This document shows positions 7,558-17,143 of a DNA stretch of 64,000 nt, one piece after another. The notes below the pieces were generated by a model that was not told the origin of the DNA, ran no database searches, and saw nothing but the letters and a program-made list of their open reading frames with translations. Position 1 is the stretch's first letter. Each line of letters opens with the position of its first letter. The position numbers were made by a program, and so were the translations under genes. The DNA comes from Chthoniobacterales bacterium (lineage in GTDB: Bacteria > Verrucomicrobiota > Verrucomicrobiia > Chthoniobacterales > JACTMZ01): assembly GCA_018402585.1 (NCBI GenBank), contig JAGYIO010000003.1, positions 140,386-204,385 on the forward strand. The letters are read 5' to 3'.

Positions 7558-9849
7558 ATGAAGCTCAAAACCAAAACCCCCAAGTTACGTCGCGCCCGCC
7601 TCGGAACTTCCCTCGTCACCGCGGCCCTCGCAGCGATCAGCCTTTCGGCCGCCAGTGCCCAAGACAATTCCTGGACCGGCGGCACGAGCACGGATTGGAA
7701 CACCCCGGGAAATTGGAGTCTCGGAAATGTACCAAGCGGGCAGAACGCCATTGTGGACAACGCGTCGGGAAACATCGCAACCATCTCCGCGGATATTGCC
7801 GCCACGCCCAATGATATCGTCGTGCGCGGGGGAGGCCGCCTCGATCATCTTGCCGGAACCGCCGGCACAGGCGGAGGCAGTTGGATGTTTGTCGGCCAGA
7901 ACGGCACGGCGGGCACCTACAATTTGGCGGACACCGCCACGGCCGCTGCCGGCCTGACCGGTTTTGCCCAGGGAACCGGTTCACTCAACGCCACGGGGAA
8001 TCTAAACGTAGGTGCTGCTGGTGACAATCGGACCGGAACCGTGCGGGTCAACACGGCGGGAACGCTTGCCGTCTCCGGCGAATTCTTCATCGGTGACTCG
8101 CTCAACAGCACGGGCACTTTCAGCCTCGAAAACGGCAGCATGACGGTGAACAACAAGATCTATGTCGGCAACAACCGGGGCACCGGGACGCTGACCATGT
8201 CCGGCGGCACGCTGACCAAGACCGGCGGCGACCAAACTTTTGTCGGCCGCGACAGCGGCACCGGGACCCTCACCCAGAGTGGCGGGACCATCACGCTGAA
8301 CCATGATTTCTACGTGGGACAAGGCGGCGGTGGCAACGGCACTCTCAATCTTAGCGGCAACTCGGTGCTCAACACCGGGCGTGATTTTGTCATCGGCCGC
8401 GAGAGTGGCACGGGCACGCTCAACATGACCGGCGGCACGATCACCAAGACCGGGGATGAGAAGATGATCGTCGGCCACAACAATGGCACAGGCACCGTGG
8501 TGCAGAGCGGCGGAACGATCAACGTGAATCAAAACCAGTTGTATATCGGCAACGAAAATGCCGGGGCTCAGGGAACCTATACCCTCAGCGGGACCGGAGC
8601 GCTCAACGTGGCGGACGAATTGGTCGTCGGCCGCGAGAGCGGCACAGGTATCTTGAACGTCAACGGCGGCACGATCACCACCTCGGGCAACGGCAACATG
8701 TATATCGGGCGCCGTAACGGCACAGGCACCCTCAACCAGACGGACGGGGTAATCAGCGTGATTTACGAATTCGGCGTGGGTACGCGCGATGACAACAAGA
8801 TTGGCACCGGCACCTACAATCTGAGTGGAGGCACCTTGTCGGCGGGTCGTAACATCTTCATCGGCAAAGAACTCGGATCGTCCGGAACGATGGTCATGAC
8901 CGGCGGGGCGATGAGCACGAGCGACAAGTTGCAGATCGGGCACAACCAAGCGACGGGCGTTCTCACCCAGAGCGGCGGCACGGTGAACGTGCAAAACGAA
9001 GTCTTCATCGGCAATGAAAACAATGCCTCATCGGTGGGAACCTACACCCTGAGCGGGACCGGCGTCCTCAACGTGGGCAACGAGGTCATTGTCGGCCGCG
9101 ACAACGGCACGGGAACCTTCAACCTCGACGGAGGCACGGTCAACGCCACCAAGATTTCCGGCGGCAACGGCAGCGCGACGGTGAACTTCAACGGCGGCGT
9201 GCTCAAAGCCAAACGGGACGAGGCCAACCTGATCGAAAACCTGGACACCGCCAACGTCGAAAACGGCGGGATCAAGATCGACAGCAACGGGTTTGCTGTT
9301 GCCACCAGCCAGGCTCTGACCGGCACGGGCGGCTTGGAGAAGCTGGGCGCGGGCAGCCTGACCCTCAACGCAGCCAGCACTTACACCGGGCCGACGCTGG
9401 TCAGTGCCGGCACCTTGACCTTGGCCCTCAACAGCAGCATCACCAGCGCGGTCACTGTGGCCGACGGCGCCGCCCTCGGCGGAGCGGGCGCCATTGCCGG
9501 CGACCTCTCCTTCAACTCCGGCGCCAAGTTTGCCTTTAGTCTCACCCAGACACTTCTCGCCAACGGCGCCACGGTGAGCTTTGCCGACTTCGGCATTGAC
9601 GATCTTGTCGGATTGTCCAGTGCGACCACGGTCGGTCTTTACAACCTCATCGGCGGCACCGCTATCATCAACACGAACGGACTGAGTAATCTGGGTGCCG
9701 CCAACGCCGCCGATCTCGGCGATGGAAAGTCCGCCTACTTCACCGAAGGTAGTTTGCAAGTCAACGTCGTTCCGGAACCCAGCACCTACGCTTTACTCGT
9801 CCTCGCCGGTCTGGGGCTGGCCGGCCACGTCATCCGCCGGCGGCGCTAA
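7558..9849 (+). CDS. Autotransporter-associated beta-strand-repeat surface protein with a C-terminal PEP-CTERM anchor
   Basis: It has a signal peptide and the NSWTGGTSTDWNTPGNWS motif. It carries about 20 repeats of the G-T-G-T-L-x-x-S-G-G-T-I type and GGLEKLGAGSLTLNAASTYTGPTLVSAGTLTL. The C-terminus is VPEPSTYALLVLAGLGLAGHVIRRRR. Confidence 0.9.
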   Translation: MKLKTKTPKLRRARLGTSLVTAALAAISLSAASAQDNSWTGGTSTDWNTPGNWSLGNVPSGQNAIVDNASGNIATISADIAATPNDIVVRGGGRLDHLAGTAGTGGGSWMFVGQNGTAGTYNLADTATAAAGLTGFAQGTGSLNATGNLNVGAAGDNRTGTVRVNTAGTLAVSGEFFIGDSLNSTGTFSLENGSMTVNNKIYVGNNRGTGTLTMSGGTLTKTGGDQTFVGRDSGTGTLTQSGGTITLNHDFYVGQGGGGNGTLNLSGNSVLNTGRDFVIGRESGTGTLNMTGGTITKTGDEKMIVGHNNGTGTVVQSGGTINVNQNQLYIGNENAGAQGTYTLSGTGALNVADELVVGRESGTGILNVNGGTITTSGNGNMYIGRRNGTGTLNQTDGVISVIYEFGVGTRDDNKIGTGTYNLSGGTLSAGRNIFIGKELGSSGTMVMTGGAMSTSDKLQIGHNQATGVLTQSGGTVNVQNEVFIGNENNASSVGTYTLSGTGVLNVGNEVIVGRDNGTGTFNLDGGTVNATKISGGNGSATVNFNGGVLKAKRDEANLIENLDTANVENGGIKIDSNGFAVATSQALTGTGGLEKLGAGSLTLNAASTYTGPTLVSAGTLTLALNSSITSAVTVADGAALGGAGAIAGDLSFNSGAKFAFSLTQTLLANGATVSFADFGIDDLVGLSSATTVGLYNLIGGTAIINTNGLSNLGAANAADLGDGKSAYFTEGSLQVNVVPEPSTYALLVLAGLGLAGHVIRRRR

Positions 9850-9870
9850 AGGAACATAGGCTCTCAAGCA

Positions 9871-9903
9871 GAACGCCCGCCAACCGGCGGGCGTTCTTTT
9901 TTT
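9871..9903 (+). terminator. Rho-independent terminator after the PEP-CTERM protein gene
   Basis: GAACGCCCGCC-aacc-GGCGGGCGTTC is followed by TTTTTTT, 22 nt after the stop codon. Confidence 0.8.
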
Positions 9904-10008
9904 CACCCGGAAGCGGTACGTGCAGGCGGACGGATCCACCGAGCGGACGCAGCCGAGTCAAGGGGCTGAAGCGTCGTCGCCGCCGACTAAACGGTTTCGG
10001 AACAGTCG

Positions 10009-10111
10009 TAGCCACGGATAGAGGAAGATGGAGGAGGATGATTTTGCGCCGGTGTCAGCCGGCACAACTTTCTTCGGCTCATCTTCCCTTATCCTCCCCA
10101 ATCAGTGGCTA
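10009..10111 (+). repeat. Long hairpin element Y, a smaller relative of 4345-4562
   Basis: The outer stem is TAGCCAC (10009-10015) with GTGGCTA (10105-10111). A purine arm (gaggaagatggaggaggatga) faces a pyrimidine arm (tcatcttcccttatcctcccc). The apical hairpin is GCCGG-TGTCAG-CCGGC at 10048-10063. Confidence 0.55.
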
Positions 10112-10131
10112 AATATTTTTTGAAACCGCAC

Positions 10132-10152
10132 TAGTCATTCCGGACTATAGCG
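10132..10152. promoter_or_regulatory. Conserved 21-nt box TAGTCATTCCGGACTATAGCG, copy 2
   Basis: 19 of 21 nt match 7440-7460. The box lies 81 nt upstream of the GH30 ATG. A possible -35 TTGAAA lies at 10120-10125, 17 nt before GACTAT. Confidence 0.45.
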
Positions 10153-10232
10153 AGTTTGCAACTTGGTGGTATCTTAAGGGTGCTCTCTGTCTTGACCTCC
10201 CCGTAAATCTCCCCCCGCAAGCCATCCTGCCC

Positions 10233-11684
10233 ATGTCTCTCCCCACGAGTCCCCGCCGCCTCCTCACCACCCTCCTGCTCGGTGGCTTGTCTCTGACCAT
10301 ACATTCCGCCGATGCCGCCGAGCCGCCCGTTCGTGCCTGGTCGGTGGTCGAAACCGCCAAGGATACCGGACACCGGCTCAGCGCCGTGACGGCTCCGTCC
10401 AAAACCGCAGCCCCTGCCCCCAGCGCCATTGTCTGCCATCCGTCGAAGTCATTTCAGGAAATCGTCGGCTTCGGCGGTGCCCTCAGCGAGTCCTCCGCTT
10501 GGGTTTTGGCCCAGCTTCCACCGGACAAGCGGATGGAAATACTTCGCCGCTACTACGACCCCAAGGAGGGCATCGGCTACACTCTGGCCCGCACGCACCT
10601 CAACTCCTGCGACTTTTCCCTCAGCATGTGGTCGCTTACCCCCACCCCGGGCGACTACGACCTGCATGATTTCACCCTCGAGCCGATGCGCCGCTGGATG
10701 ATGCCGCTCATCCACGATGCCCGCAAGGTGGCCGGGCCCGACCGCTTCAAATTGATGGCCTCACCCTGGAGCCCGCCGGCCTGGATGAAGAACAACAACC
10801 GCATGGACGATGGTGGTTCGCTCCGCTGGGAATACCGTCCGGCCTGGGCGGGTGTTTTTGTCAAATTCGTTCAGGCCATGGCCAAGGAGGAGGGCATTCC
10901 GATCTGGGCCCTTTCCGTGCAAAACGAACCCGGCGCCCATCAGCGGTGGGAATCCTGCACCTACACGCCGGAGCACGAGGCGGAGTTCATCCGCGACTTC
11001 CTCGGGCCCGCCTTGCACGCCGCGGGGCTGGAGGATGTGAAGCTGCTCGGCCATGACCACAACCGGGACTCGATCGAGAAATTCGCCGAGGCCGAACTCG
11101 GAGACCCCGCCACCGCCAAGTATCTTTGGGGCCTCGGGCTGCACTGGTATATGAGCGAGGACTACGCCGCCTCGTCGCGGGTGCACGAGAAATTCCCGGA
11201 CAAACACATTCTCTTCACCGAAGGGTGCGTCGAAGGCGCTCCCGAGTGCATCGGCAAATGGGAGAACGGCGAACGCTACGCGCGCAATATCATCGGCGAC
11301 TTCAGCAACTGGGTCTGCGGCTTCATTGACTGGAATATCGTCCTCGACCAACGCGGCGGTCCGAACCACGTCGGCAATTTCTGTGACGCCCCGGTCATCG
11401 TCGACACCAACACCAAGGAAGTCACCTACGGCCCCTCCTTCTACTACCTCGCCCACTTCAGCAAATTCGTCCAACCCGGCGCCCGCCGCATCCACTCGGA
11501 AGGCGGCCCGCAAGGAATCCAGTCCATTGCGTTCCGCAACCCGGACGGAACCCTCGCCGTCGTCGTCTTCAACCCGACCGAACAGCCCGCCGAGTTCGCC
11601 CTCGGGGTGGCCGAAGAAGCGAACCTGACCTGCCAGATTCCGGCCCGCGGCATCCAGACCTATTTCGAGTCCCCGCAGTCCTAA
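10233..11684 (+). CDS. Glycoside hydrolase family 30 (glucosylceramidase / beta-1,6-glucanase-like), secreted
   Basis: GH30 motifs are present: IVGFGGALSESSA, ASPWSPPAWMKNNN, LSVQNEPG and LFTEGC. A signal peptide is present. Confidence 0.88.
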   Translation: MSLPTSPRRLLTTLLLGGLSLTIHSADAAEPPVRAWSVVETAKDTGHRLSAVTAPSKTAAPAPSAIVCHPSKSFQEIVGFGGALSESSAWVLAQLPPDKRMEILRRYYDPKEGIGYTLARTHLNSCDFSLSMWSLTPTPGDYDLHDFTLEPMRRWMMPLIHDARKVAGPDRFKLMASPWSPPAWMKNNNRMDDGGSLRWEYRPAWAGVFVKFVQAMAKEEGIPIWALSVQNEPGAHQRWESCTYTPEHEAEFIRDFLGPALHAAGLEDVKLLGHDHNRDSIEKFAEAELGDPATAKYLWGLGLHWYMSEDYAASSRVHEKFPDKHILFTEGCVEGAPECIGKWENGERYARNIIGDFSNWVCGFIDWNIVLDQRGGPNHVGNFCDAPVIVDTNTKEVTYGPSFYYLAHFSKFVQPGARRIHSEGGPQGIQSIAFRNPDGTLAVVVFNPTEQPAEFALGVAEEANLTCQIPARGIQTYFESPQS

Positions 11685-11726
11685 ACCACCGAATTCCAAC
11701 CAACCCTCATCCAACCCCCGAAACCC

Positions 11727-14700
11727 ATGAAATCCACCCCCACCCCCCCTATCACCGGAAACTTCCTTCGGGCTACACCCGTTGTCGCCGCCCTTCTCCT
11801 CGGCTTGAGCGCCCCGCTCGGTCACGCCGTCGACAACTTTTGGAGCGGAGCCGTGAGCTCGGATTGGAATGACGGGGCCAACTGGTCGGAAGGCGGGGTG
11901 CCCGATACTCTATTTGACGACAACGCCGTTGTGGCCACAACCACCCCCAACATCGCAACGATCACCGCGGATATTTCCGCGACCCCCAATGACATCATCG
12001 TGAATGGGGGCGGTCGCATCGACCATCTGGCCGGCGTGGCCGGAACCTTCGGGGGTGCCTGGATGAAGGTGGAAGACGGCGTCTACAACCTGGCCGACAC
12101 GTCGATCCCAGAAGTTGGTATCACCGGCTACGCACAAGGCACGGGTTCGCTCGACGCCACGGGAAATCTCCTTGTGGCCGCCTTCGGCGACAATCGGGAG
12201 GGCACGATCAACGTCAACACCGACGGGACCCTCACCGTTTCCAGCGAGCTGTTTGTCGGCGACTCCACGGGCAGTCAAGGCGCCCTCAACCTCGAAGCGG
12301 GCACCATGACGTTGAACAACACGAGCTACATCGGCAACAACCGGGGCACCGGCACGGTAACCATGACCGGCGGCACGATAATCAAAACGGGTGGGGGGCA
12401 GCTTCTCGTCGGGCAAAACAATGGTATTGGCCGCGTGTTGCACAGCGGCGGCACCATAAGCGCGAACAACGAAGCGTACATCGGCAATGCCAATGCCGGT
12501 TCGGGAAGCTACACGCTGAACGGGACCGGATCGCTTAGCATTTCCAACGAGCTCGTCGTGGGGCGCGAACTCGGCACGGGCGTTCTGAACGTCGACGGCG
12601 GTACGATTACGACCGAGGGCAATGGCAACATGTATGTCGGCCGCCGCAACGGCGTGGGAACACTCAACCAAACGGCCGGCACGCTCAACGTGAACCGCGA
12701 GTTCGGCGTGGGAACACGCGACGGCGACCAGGGCGGCATCGGTGCCTACAATCTGAGCGGAGGCGCGCTGGCGGCGACCAACAACATCTTTGTCGGCAAG
12801 GACGAATCCTCCTCGGTCAACGCCACCTCCTTGGTTCGTGGCGTGGCCTACGTCATCACGACGCCGGGCGATACAATTTGGACCGCATTCGGCGCAGCCG
12901 ATAACAACGTGGGAACGGTCTTCACCGCCTCGGCCAGCGGAACCGCGGACAGCGGCACCGGTGTCGCGGTCAAGGTCACCGATGTGTCCGGCAAGTCGTC
13001 CGGCACCATGACGATGACCGGCGGAACCGTGACGGGCAGCGACAAGCTGATCATCGGGGAGAATGGCGCGACAGGCTTCCTTGCGCAAAGCGCCGGCACC
13101 ATGAATGTGCAGAACGAAATCTATGTTGGCAACGGTCTTCCGCCCGCCCAAGGAACAAGGATTCTTTCCAATGCTAATGACGGACAACTCGAGAAGCGTT
13201 CCGAGTGGTCACCTGAAACCGTCATCATTCAAAATATCGACAACTGGAATGTGAGCATCGGCGAATGGTATGGATCCGGCCTGACGACCGCCGTCATCCC
13301 TTTCCAGTTGCCCGACTTCGGCGCGGTGGCTGATCCGTTCACCAGCGCCACCTTCGGGGTGAATCTTTACAACAAAGGAGATGCCACGGTCACCGACCTC
13401 GACCTCTACGCAGTGAGGGTCAGCCCTGCCCCCCAGATTGCCACAACCGACTGGTACAACGGTTCCGCCCCCGACCCGAACGCCACGCTGATCCAAGCGA
13501 GCTTCCTCACCCCCGCCAGCACGACGACGAGCGCAGGTCCCGAGAGTGGGCCCAACAACCTGACGGATGACGCGGGAAGCGCGGCACTCCTCGCCTACCT
13601 CAATGCCGCCTACGACAGCGGGAACGGGGCCGGACAGTTCGTTTTTCTCCGGGTGAGCTACGCCTCGGACACCTTCCCCTCAGGTTGGGATGCTTACAAT
13701 TTTACAACCCGCAACGCCGCTCTCGAGGGCGATGCTCCGGTGATCAGCTTTACTTCTTCCGTCGCAGCGATCCCGCCCGACGCCACCTACACGGTCAGCG
13801 GTTCGGCGGTGGTCAACGTGGGCAACGAAATCATCGTGGGCCGCGAAAACGGCACCGGCACCCTCAATCTTGACGGCGGCACGGTCAACGCGACCAAGAT
13901 CTCGGGTGGCACCGGCAACGCCACGCTGAACTTCAACGGTGGCGTCCTCACCGCGAAACGGGACGAGAGCAACCTGATCGAAAACTTGGATGTGGCCAAT
14001 CTGGCGGGTGGCGGACTCAAAATCGACAGCAACGGGTTCAACGTGACCACCAGCCAGTTCTTCACGGGTACAGGCGGCTTGGAGAAATCGGGTGCAGGCC
14101 AGCTCACCTTGCGCGCACCCAGCACCTACGCAGGCACTACAACGGTGACGGCCGGCGTTCTCCGGGTCGAAAAAACCGGACTTAATGCCATTGTCGACGC
14201 CACCGCCGACACTTTGGTCGCCGAGTTCGCGGCCCCGACGGCTCCCGGGGCTTACCGCATCTTGCCCGGGCCTCTGGCCGGGTCCCAGACCTTCACCGCC
14301 ACCGGTTTGGGCTCGCTCCAGCAGGCGACTTTCGACGCACAGACCAGCACCGTGACGGTCACGGGAGAGCCGGACGGCGACCCTTACGTGGCCTGGATCG
14401 AGAGCTTCACTCCGAATCCCCTGCTCCCGGATGACGCCTCCAAATTACCCACCGCCGACCCGGATGGCGACGGCATCGCCAATCTGATGGAATACGTGCT
14501 GGCCGGCGGCAACCCGGTCGTGCCGTCTCTCTCCATTCTCCCGACCGTGGCCAGCGTGGGTGACGATCTGGTGCTGAGCTACACCCGCAATGACGAATCG
14601 GAAGCGGACACCACCCAAGTGGGCCAGTGGACCACAGACCTGACCGTCTGGAATGACGTCGTGCCTGTGGTGGTCAACGAAAACGGGGCTTTGGCGGATG

Positions 14701-14777
14701 ATATGACAGTCACCGTGCCCAAGAGCAATGCGGTCAACGGAAAACTGTTTCTCCGCTTGAAGGTGACCATGCCGTAA
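11727..14777 (+). CDS. Autotransporter-associated beta-strand-repeat surface protein, paralog of 7558..9849, with insert domains and a non-PEP-CTERM C-terminal module
   Basis: The N-terminal ~430 aa and the [30 protein letters not shown] region are collinear with the 7558 protein. Extra segments lie at ~12796-13000 and ~13159-13785. The C-terminus is [21 protein letters not shown]...[12 protein letters not shown]. Confidence 0.9.
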   Translation: MKSTPTPPITGNFLRATPVVAALLLGLSAPLGHAVDNFWSGAVSSDWNDGANWSEGGVPDTLFDDNAVVATTTPNIATITADISATPNDIIVNGGGRIDHLAGVAGTFGGAWMKVEDGVYNLADTSIPEVGITGYAQGTGSLDATGNLLVAAFGDNREGTINVNTDGTLTVSSELFVGDSTGSQGALNLEAGTMTLNNTSYIGNNRGTGTVTMTGGTIIKTGGGQLLVGQNNGIGRVLHSGGTISANNEAYIGNANAGSGSYTLNGTGSLSISNELVVGRELGTGVLNVDGGTITTEGNGNMYVGRRNGVGTLNQTAGTLNVNREFGVGTRDGDQGGIGAYNLSGGALAATNNIFVGKDESSSVNATSLVRGVAYVITTPGDTIWTAFGAADNNVGTVFTASASGTADSGTGVAVKVTDVSGKSSGTMTMTGGTVTGSDKLIIGENGATGFLAQSAGTMNVQNEIYVGNGLPPAQGTRILSNANDGQLEKRSEWSPETVIIQNIDNWNVSIGEWYGSGLTTAVIPFQLPDFGAVADPFTSATFGVNLYNKGDATVTDLDLYAVRVSPAPQIATTDWYNGSAPDPNATLIQASFLTPASTTTSAGPESGPNNLTDDAGSAALLAYLNAAYDSGNGAGQFVFLRVSYASDTFPSGWDAYNFTTRNAALEGDAPVISFTSSVAAIPPDATYTVSGSAVVNVGNEIIVGRENGTGTLNLDGGTVNATKISGGTGNATLNFNGGVLTAKRDESNLIENLDVANLAGGGLKIDSNGFNVTTSQFFTGTGGLEKSGAGQLTLRAPSTYAGTTTVTAGVLRVEKTGLNAIVDATADTLVAEFAAPTAPGAYRILPGPLAGSQTFTATGLGSLQQATFDAQTSTVTVTGEPDGDPYVAWIESFTPNPLLPDDASKLPTADPDGDGIANLMEYVLAGGNPVVPSLSILPTVASVGDDLVLSYTRNDESEADTTQVGQWTTDLTVWNDVVPVVVNENGALADDMTVTVPKSNAVNGKLFLRLKVTMP

Positions 14778-14859
14778 CAGCCACGGCCCAGCGTCTCCCG
14801 GATCCAGATGGGCGGAACACCCCGCCGGGGGTCTCCGGCGACGGGTCCGGAATGCCATC

Positions 14860-15609
14860 GTGAAAAAAAGCCCCGCCACTTCCCACGGCCGCAGCAAAGT
14901 CGCAGGCTTCCCGTCCTTGGTCCCCGCCCCGCCACCGCGGCATTCTTGCCATGGCACGGGCTTCACTTTGATCGAACTTCTCGTCGTGATTGCCATCATC
15001 GGGGTTCTGGCCACCTTGGCCATCCCGGCCTTCTCCTCGGTGAGAGAGAGTGCGGACAAGGCGAAATGTGTCAGCAATCTCAAACAGATGGTGACCCTGA
15101 CCACCACCATGGCCGCGGAAAACAACGGCAAGATACCAAATTGGACGGAAATTACCGGCCCCTGGCACTGGGACGAAATACGTCGCTTCACCGGGACTCC
15201 GACCAACACTCCCCTCAAAAACAGCATCTTCCAGTGCCCGGCGACCTGTCGCAATCCTGTCCTCGCCAAAGAGCTCGATGTGACCGGCGGGGAGTTTCCC
15301 GTTGGTCGCGGTCACTACAGGTTCAATAACTTTTATGCGGCGGGCCAGCGGCCCAAATTCAAAGCAAGCGACGCCCTCTTGTTCTGGGATTTCGCCTACA
15401 CGACCACTCCAAATGCTTCATGGTCCCATTACCGCGGCAGCTCCAACCCGGTCCTCAACCTGGCCTACGCCGACGGGCATGTGGCCACTGTCAGTGCGAC
15501 CGACTTGCGCGCGGGAAGCCGGTCCCAAGGCATTGCCCCGCTTTATCCGCCGGGCGGAAGCGATTACACCGCCCGGCTCTACCGGTTGGGCTGGGTGCTG
15601 GAAAAGTAA
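14860..15609 (+). CDS. Prepilin-type N-terminal cleavage/methylation domain protein (type II secretion pseudopilin-like, H-X9-DG/DUF1559-like)
   Basis: It has the [25 protein letters not shown] motif, and [12 protein letters not shown] near the C-terminus. The start is uncertain. GTG 14860 gives a 33-aa leader. An in-frame TTG at 14917 gives a 14-aa leader. Confidence 0.8.
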   Translation: MKKSPATSHGRSKVAGFPSLVPAPPPRHSCHGTGFTLIELLVVIAIIGVLATLAIPAFSSVRESADKAKCVSNLKQMVTLTTTMAAENNGKIPNWTEITGPWHWDEIRRFTGTPTNTPLKNSIFQCPATCRNPVLAKELDVTGGEFPVGRGHYRFNNFYAAGQRPKFKASDALLFWDFAYTTTPNASWSHYRGSSNPVLNLAYADGHVATVSATDLRAGSRSQGIAPLYPPGGSDYTARLYRLGWVLEK

Positions 15610-15688
15610 TCTTTTGCTCATGGCCGCCCTCTCGGATTAAGTCGCATCTCGTGGCACATTTGGTAGAATAACTTACCATAATCCACCC

Positions 15689-17110
15689 GTGACCGCTTCC
15701 CACGTTATGACCACCACCGCCCCCTCCCACCTGCTCCGGGTCTCACTGCTCTCCGCGGTCGCCGCGCTCGGAGGTTTTCTCTTTGGCTATGATAGCGGGG
15801 TGATCAACGGCACGGTCGGGGCGCTGCAAAAGGCTTTCAATGCGGACAACCTTGGCAGCGGCTTCAACGTGGCCTCTATGCTGCTGGGTTGTGCGGCCGG
15901 CGCGTTTCTCGCCGGGCGACTCGCCGACCGCTTCGGCCGCCGCGCCGCGCTTTTTGCCGCAGCGATTTTTTTCGGCATCAGCTCCTGGGGCTCCGGCATC
16001 GCCACCGGATCGTTGGAATTTGTCGTCTACCGGCTGATCGGCGGCTTCGCGGTCGGAGGGGCCAGCGTGATTTGCCCGGCTTACATCAGCGAAATCGCCC
16101 CCGCCGCTTACCGCGGACGCCTCGCCACCCTGCAGCAAATGGCCATCGTGCTCGGACTCTTTTTCGCCTTTCTCATGAACTACCTCATCGCCCTGGGTGC
16201 GGGCGGAGCCTCGGAGCCGTTCTGGTTCGGCTTTCAGGCTTGGCAGTGGATGTTCTGGATGGAACTGGTCCCGGTAACCTTGTTTCTCGTGGGCGTGATT
16301 TTCATCCCCGAATCGCCGCGCTATCTCGTTGCCATCGGCCGCACGGCGCAAGCCGAGGCCGTCTTGGCCGGGCTTTCCCATCCGGCCGATGCCGCGGCCA
16401 AGGTGCAGGAAATCCGGGCCACCCTCGACGAGAATCATCGTCCGAGCATGCAGGATCTTTTCAATCATGCCACCAAACGCCTCCATCCCATCGTCTGGGT
16501 GGGCATTGCCATCGCCGCCCTGCAGCAATTGGTCGGGATCAATGTGGTTTTTTATTACGGCGAAGTGCTCTGGCGGGCGGCCGGCTTCTCCGAGGCCAAC
16601 GCGCTGCTCATCAATGTCATCGGGGGCATCATCAACGTGAGCGCCACCGTGGCGGCCATTCTCCTCATCGACAAAGTCGGACGCAAACCCCTCCTCCTCA
16701 CCGGTTCGCTCGGCATGGCGCTTTTCCTCGGCATCCTTGCCGTGGTCTTCGGCACGGCCGAAGTCGGTGCCGATGGCAACCTTGTCCTCGGGGACGCCGC
16801 CGGGCGCATTGCCTTGGTCAGCGCGAACCTCTACATCGTCTGCTTCGGCATTTCTTGGGGGCCGGTCATGTGGGTACTGCTTGGCGAGATGTTCCCCAAC
16901 CGGATCCGCGGTGCCGCGCTCTCTCTGGCCGGACTCTCCCAGTGGGGCACCAATTTTTTGGTCACCATGACCTTCCCCATCCTGCTTGGCACCATCGGCC
17001 TGGGCGGAGCTTACAGCCTTTACGCCATCTTCGCCGCCATCTCGGGTTTCTGCGCGTGGAAATTTGTCCGCGAAACCAAAGGCCGCAGTCTCGAACAAAT
17101 GGAGCTCTGA
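15689..17110 (+). CDS. Sugar porter family MFS transporter
   Basis: Motifs present: GYDSGVINGT, GRLADRFGRR, PESPRYL and VRETKGRSLEQME. The track start is GTG 15689. An in-frame ATG at 15707 is an equally good start. Confidence 0.9.
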   Translation: MTASHVMTTTAPSHLLRVSLLSAVAALGGFLFGYDSGVINGTVGALQKAFNADNLGSGFNVASMLLGCAAGAFLAGRLADRFGRRAALFAAAIFFGISSWGSGIATGSLEFVVYRLIGGFAVGGASVICPAYISEIAPAAYRGRLATLQQMAIVLGLFFAFLMNYLIALGAGGASEPFWFGFQAWQWMFWMELVPVTLFLVGVIFIPESPRYLVAIGRTAQAEAVLAGLSHPADAAAKVQEIRATLDENHRPSMQDLFNHATKRLHPIVWVGIAIAALQQLVGINVVFYYGEVLWRAAGFSEANALLINVIGGIINVSATVAAILLIDKVGRKPLLLTGSLGMALFLGILAVVFGTAEVGADGNLVLGDAAGRIALVSANLYIVCFGISWGPVMWVLLGEMFPNRIRGAALSLAGLSQWGTNFLVTMTFPILLGTIGLGGAYSLYAIFAAISGFCAWKFVRETKGRSLEQMEL

Positions 17111-17143
17111 ACCAGCTGGCGCCGGCCCGCTGACCTCCGCGGG

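Noticed and set aside
15651-15667. Sigma-54-like TGGCAC upstream of the MFS gene
   Set aside because: The TGGCAC is not followed by TTGC at the required 4-5 nt spacing (the sequence is TGGCACATTTGGTAG). A TGGTAGAAT extended -10-like reading is possible but unsupported.
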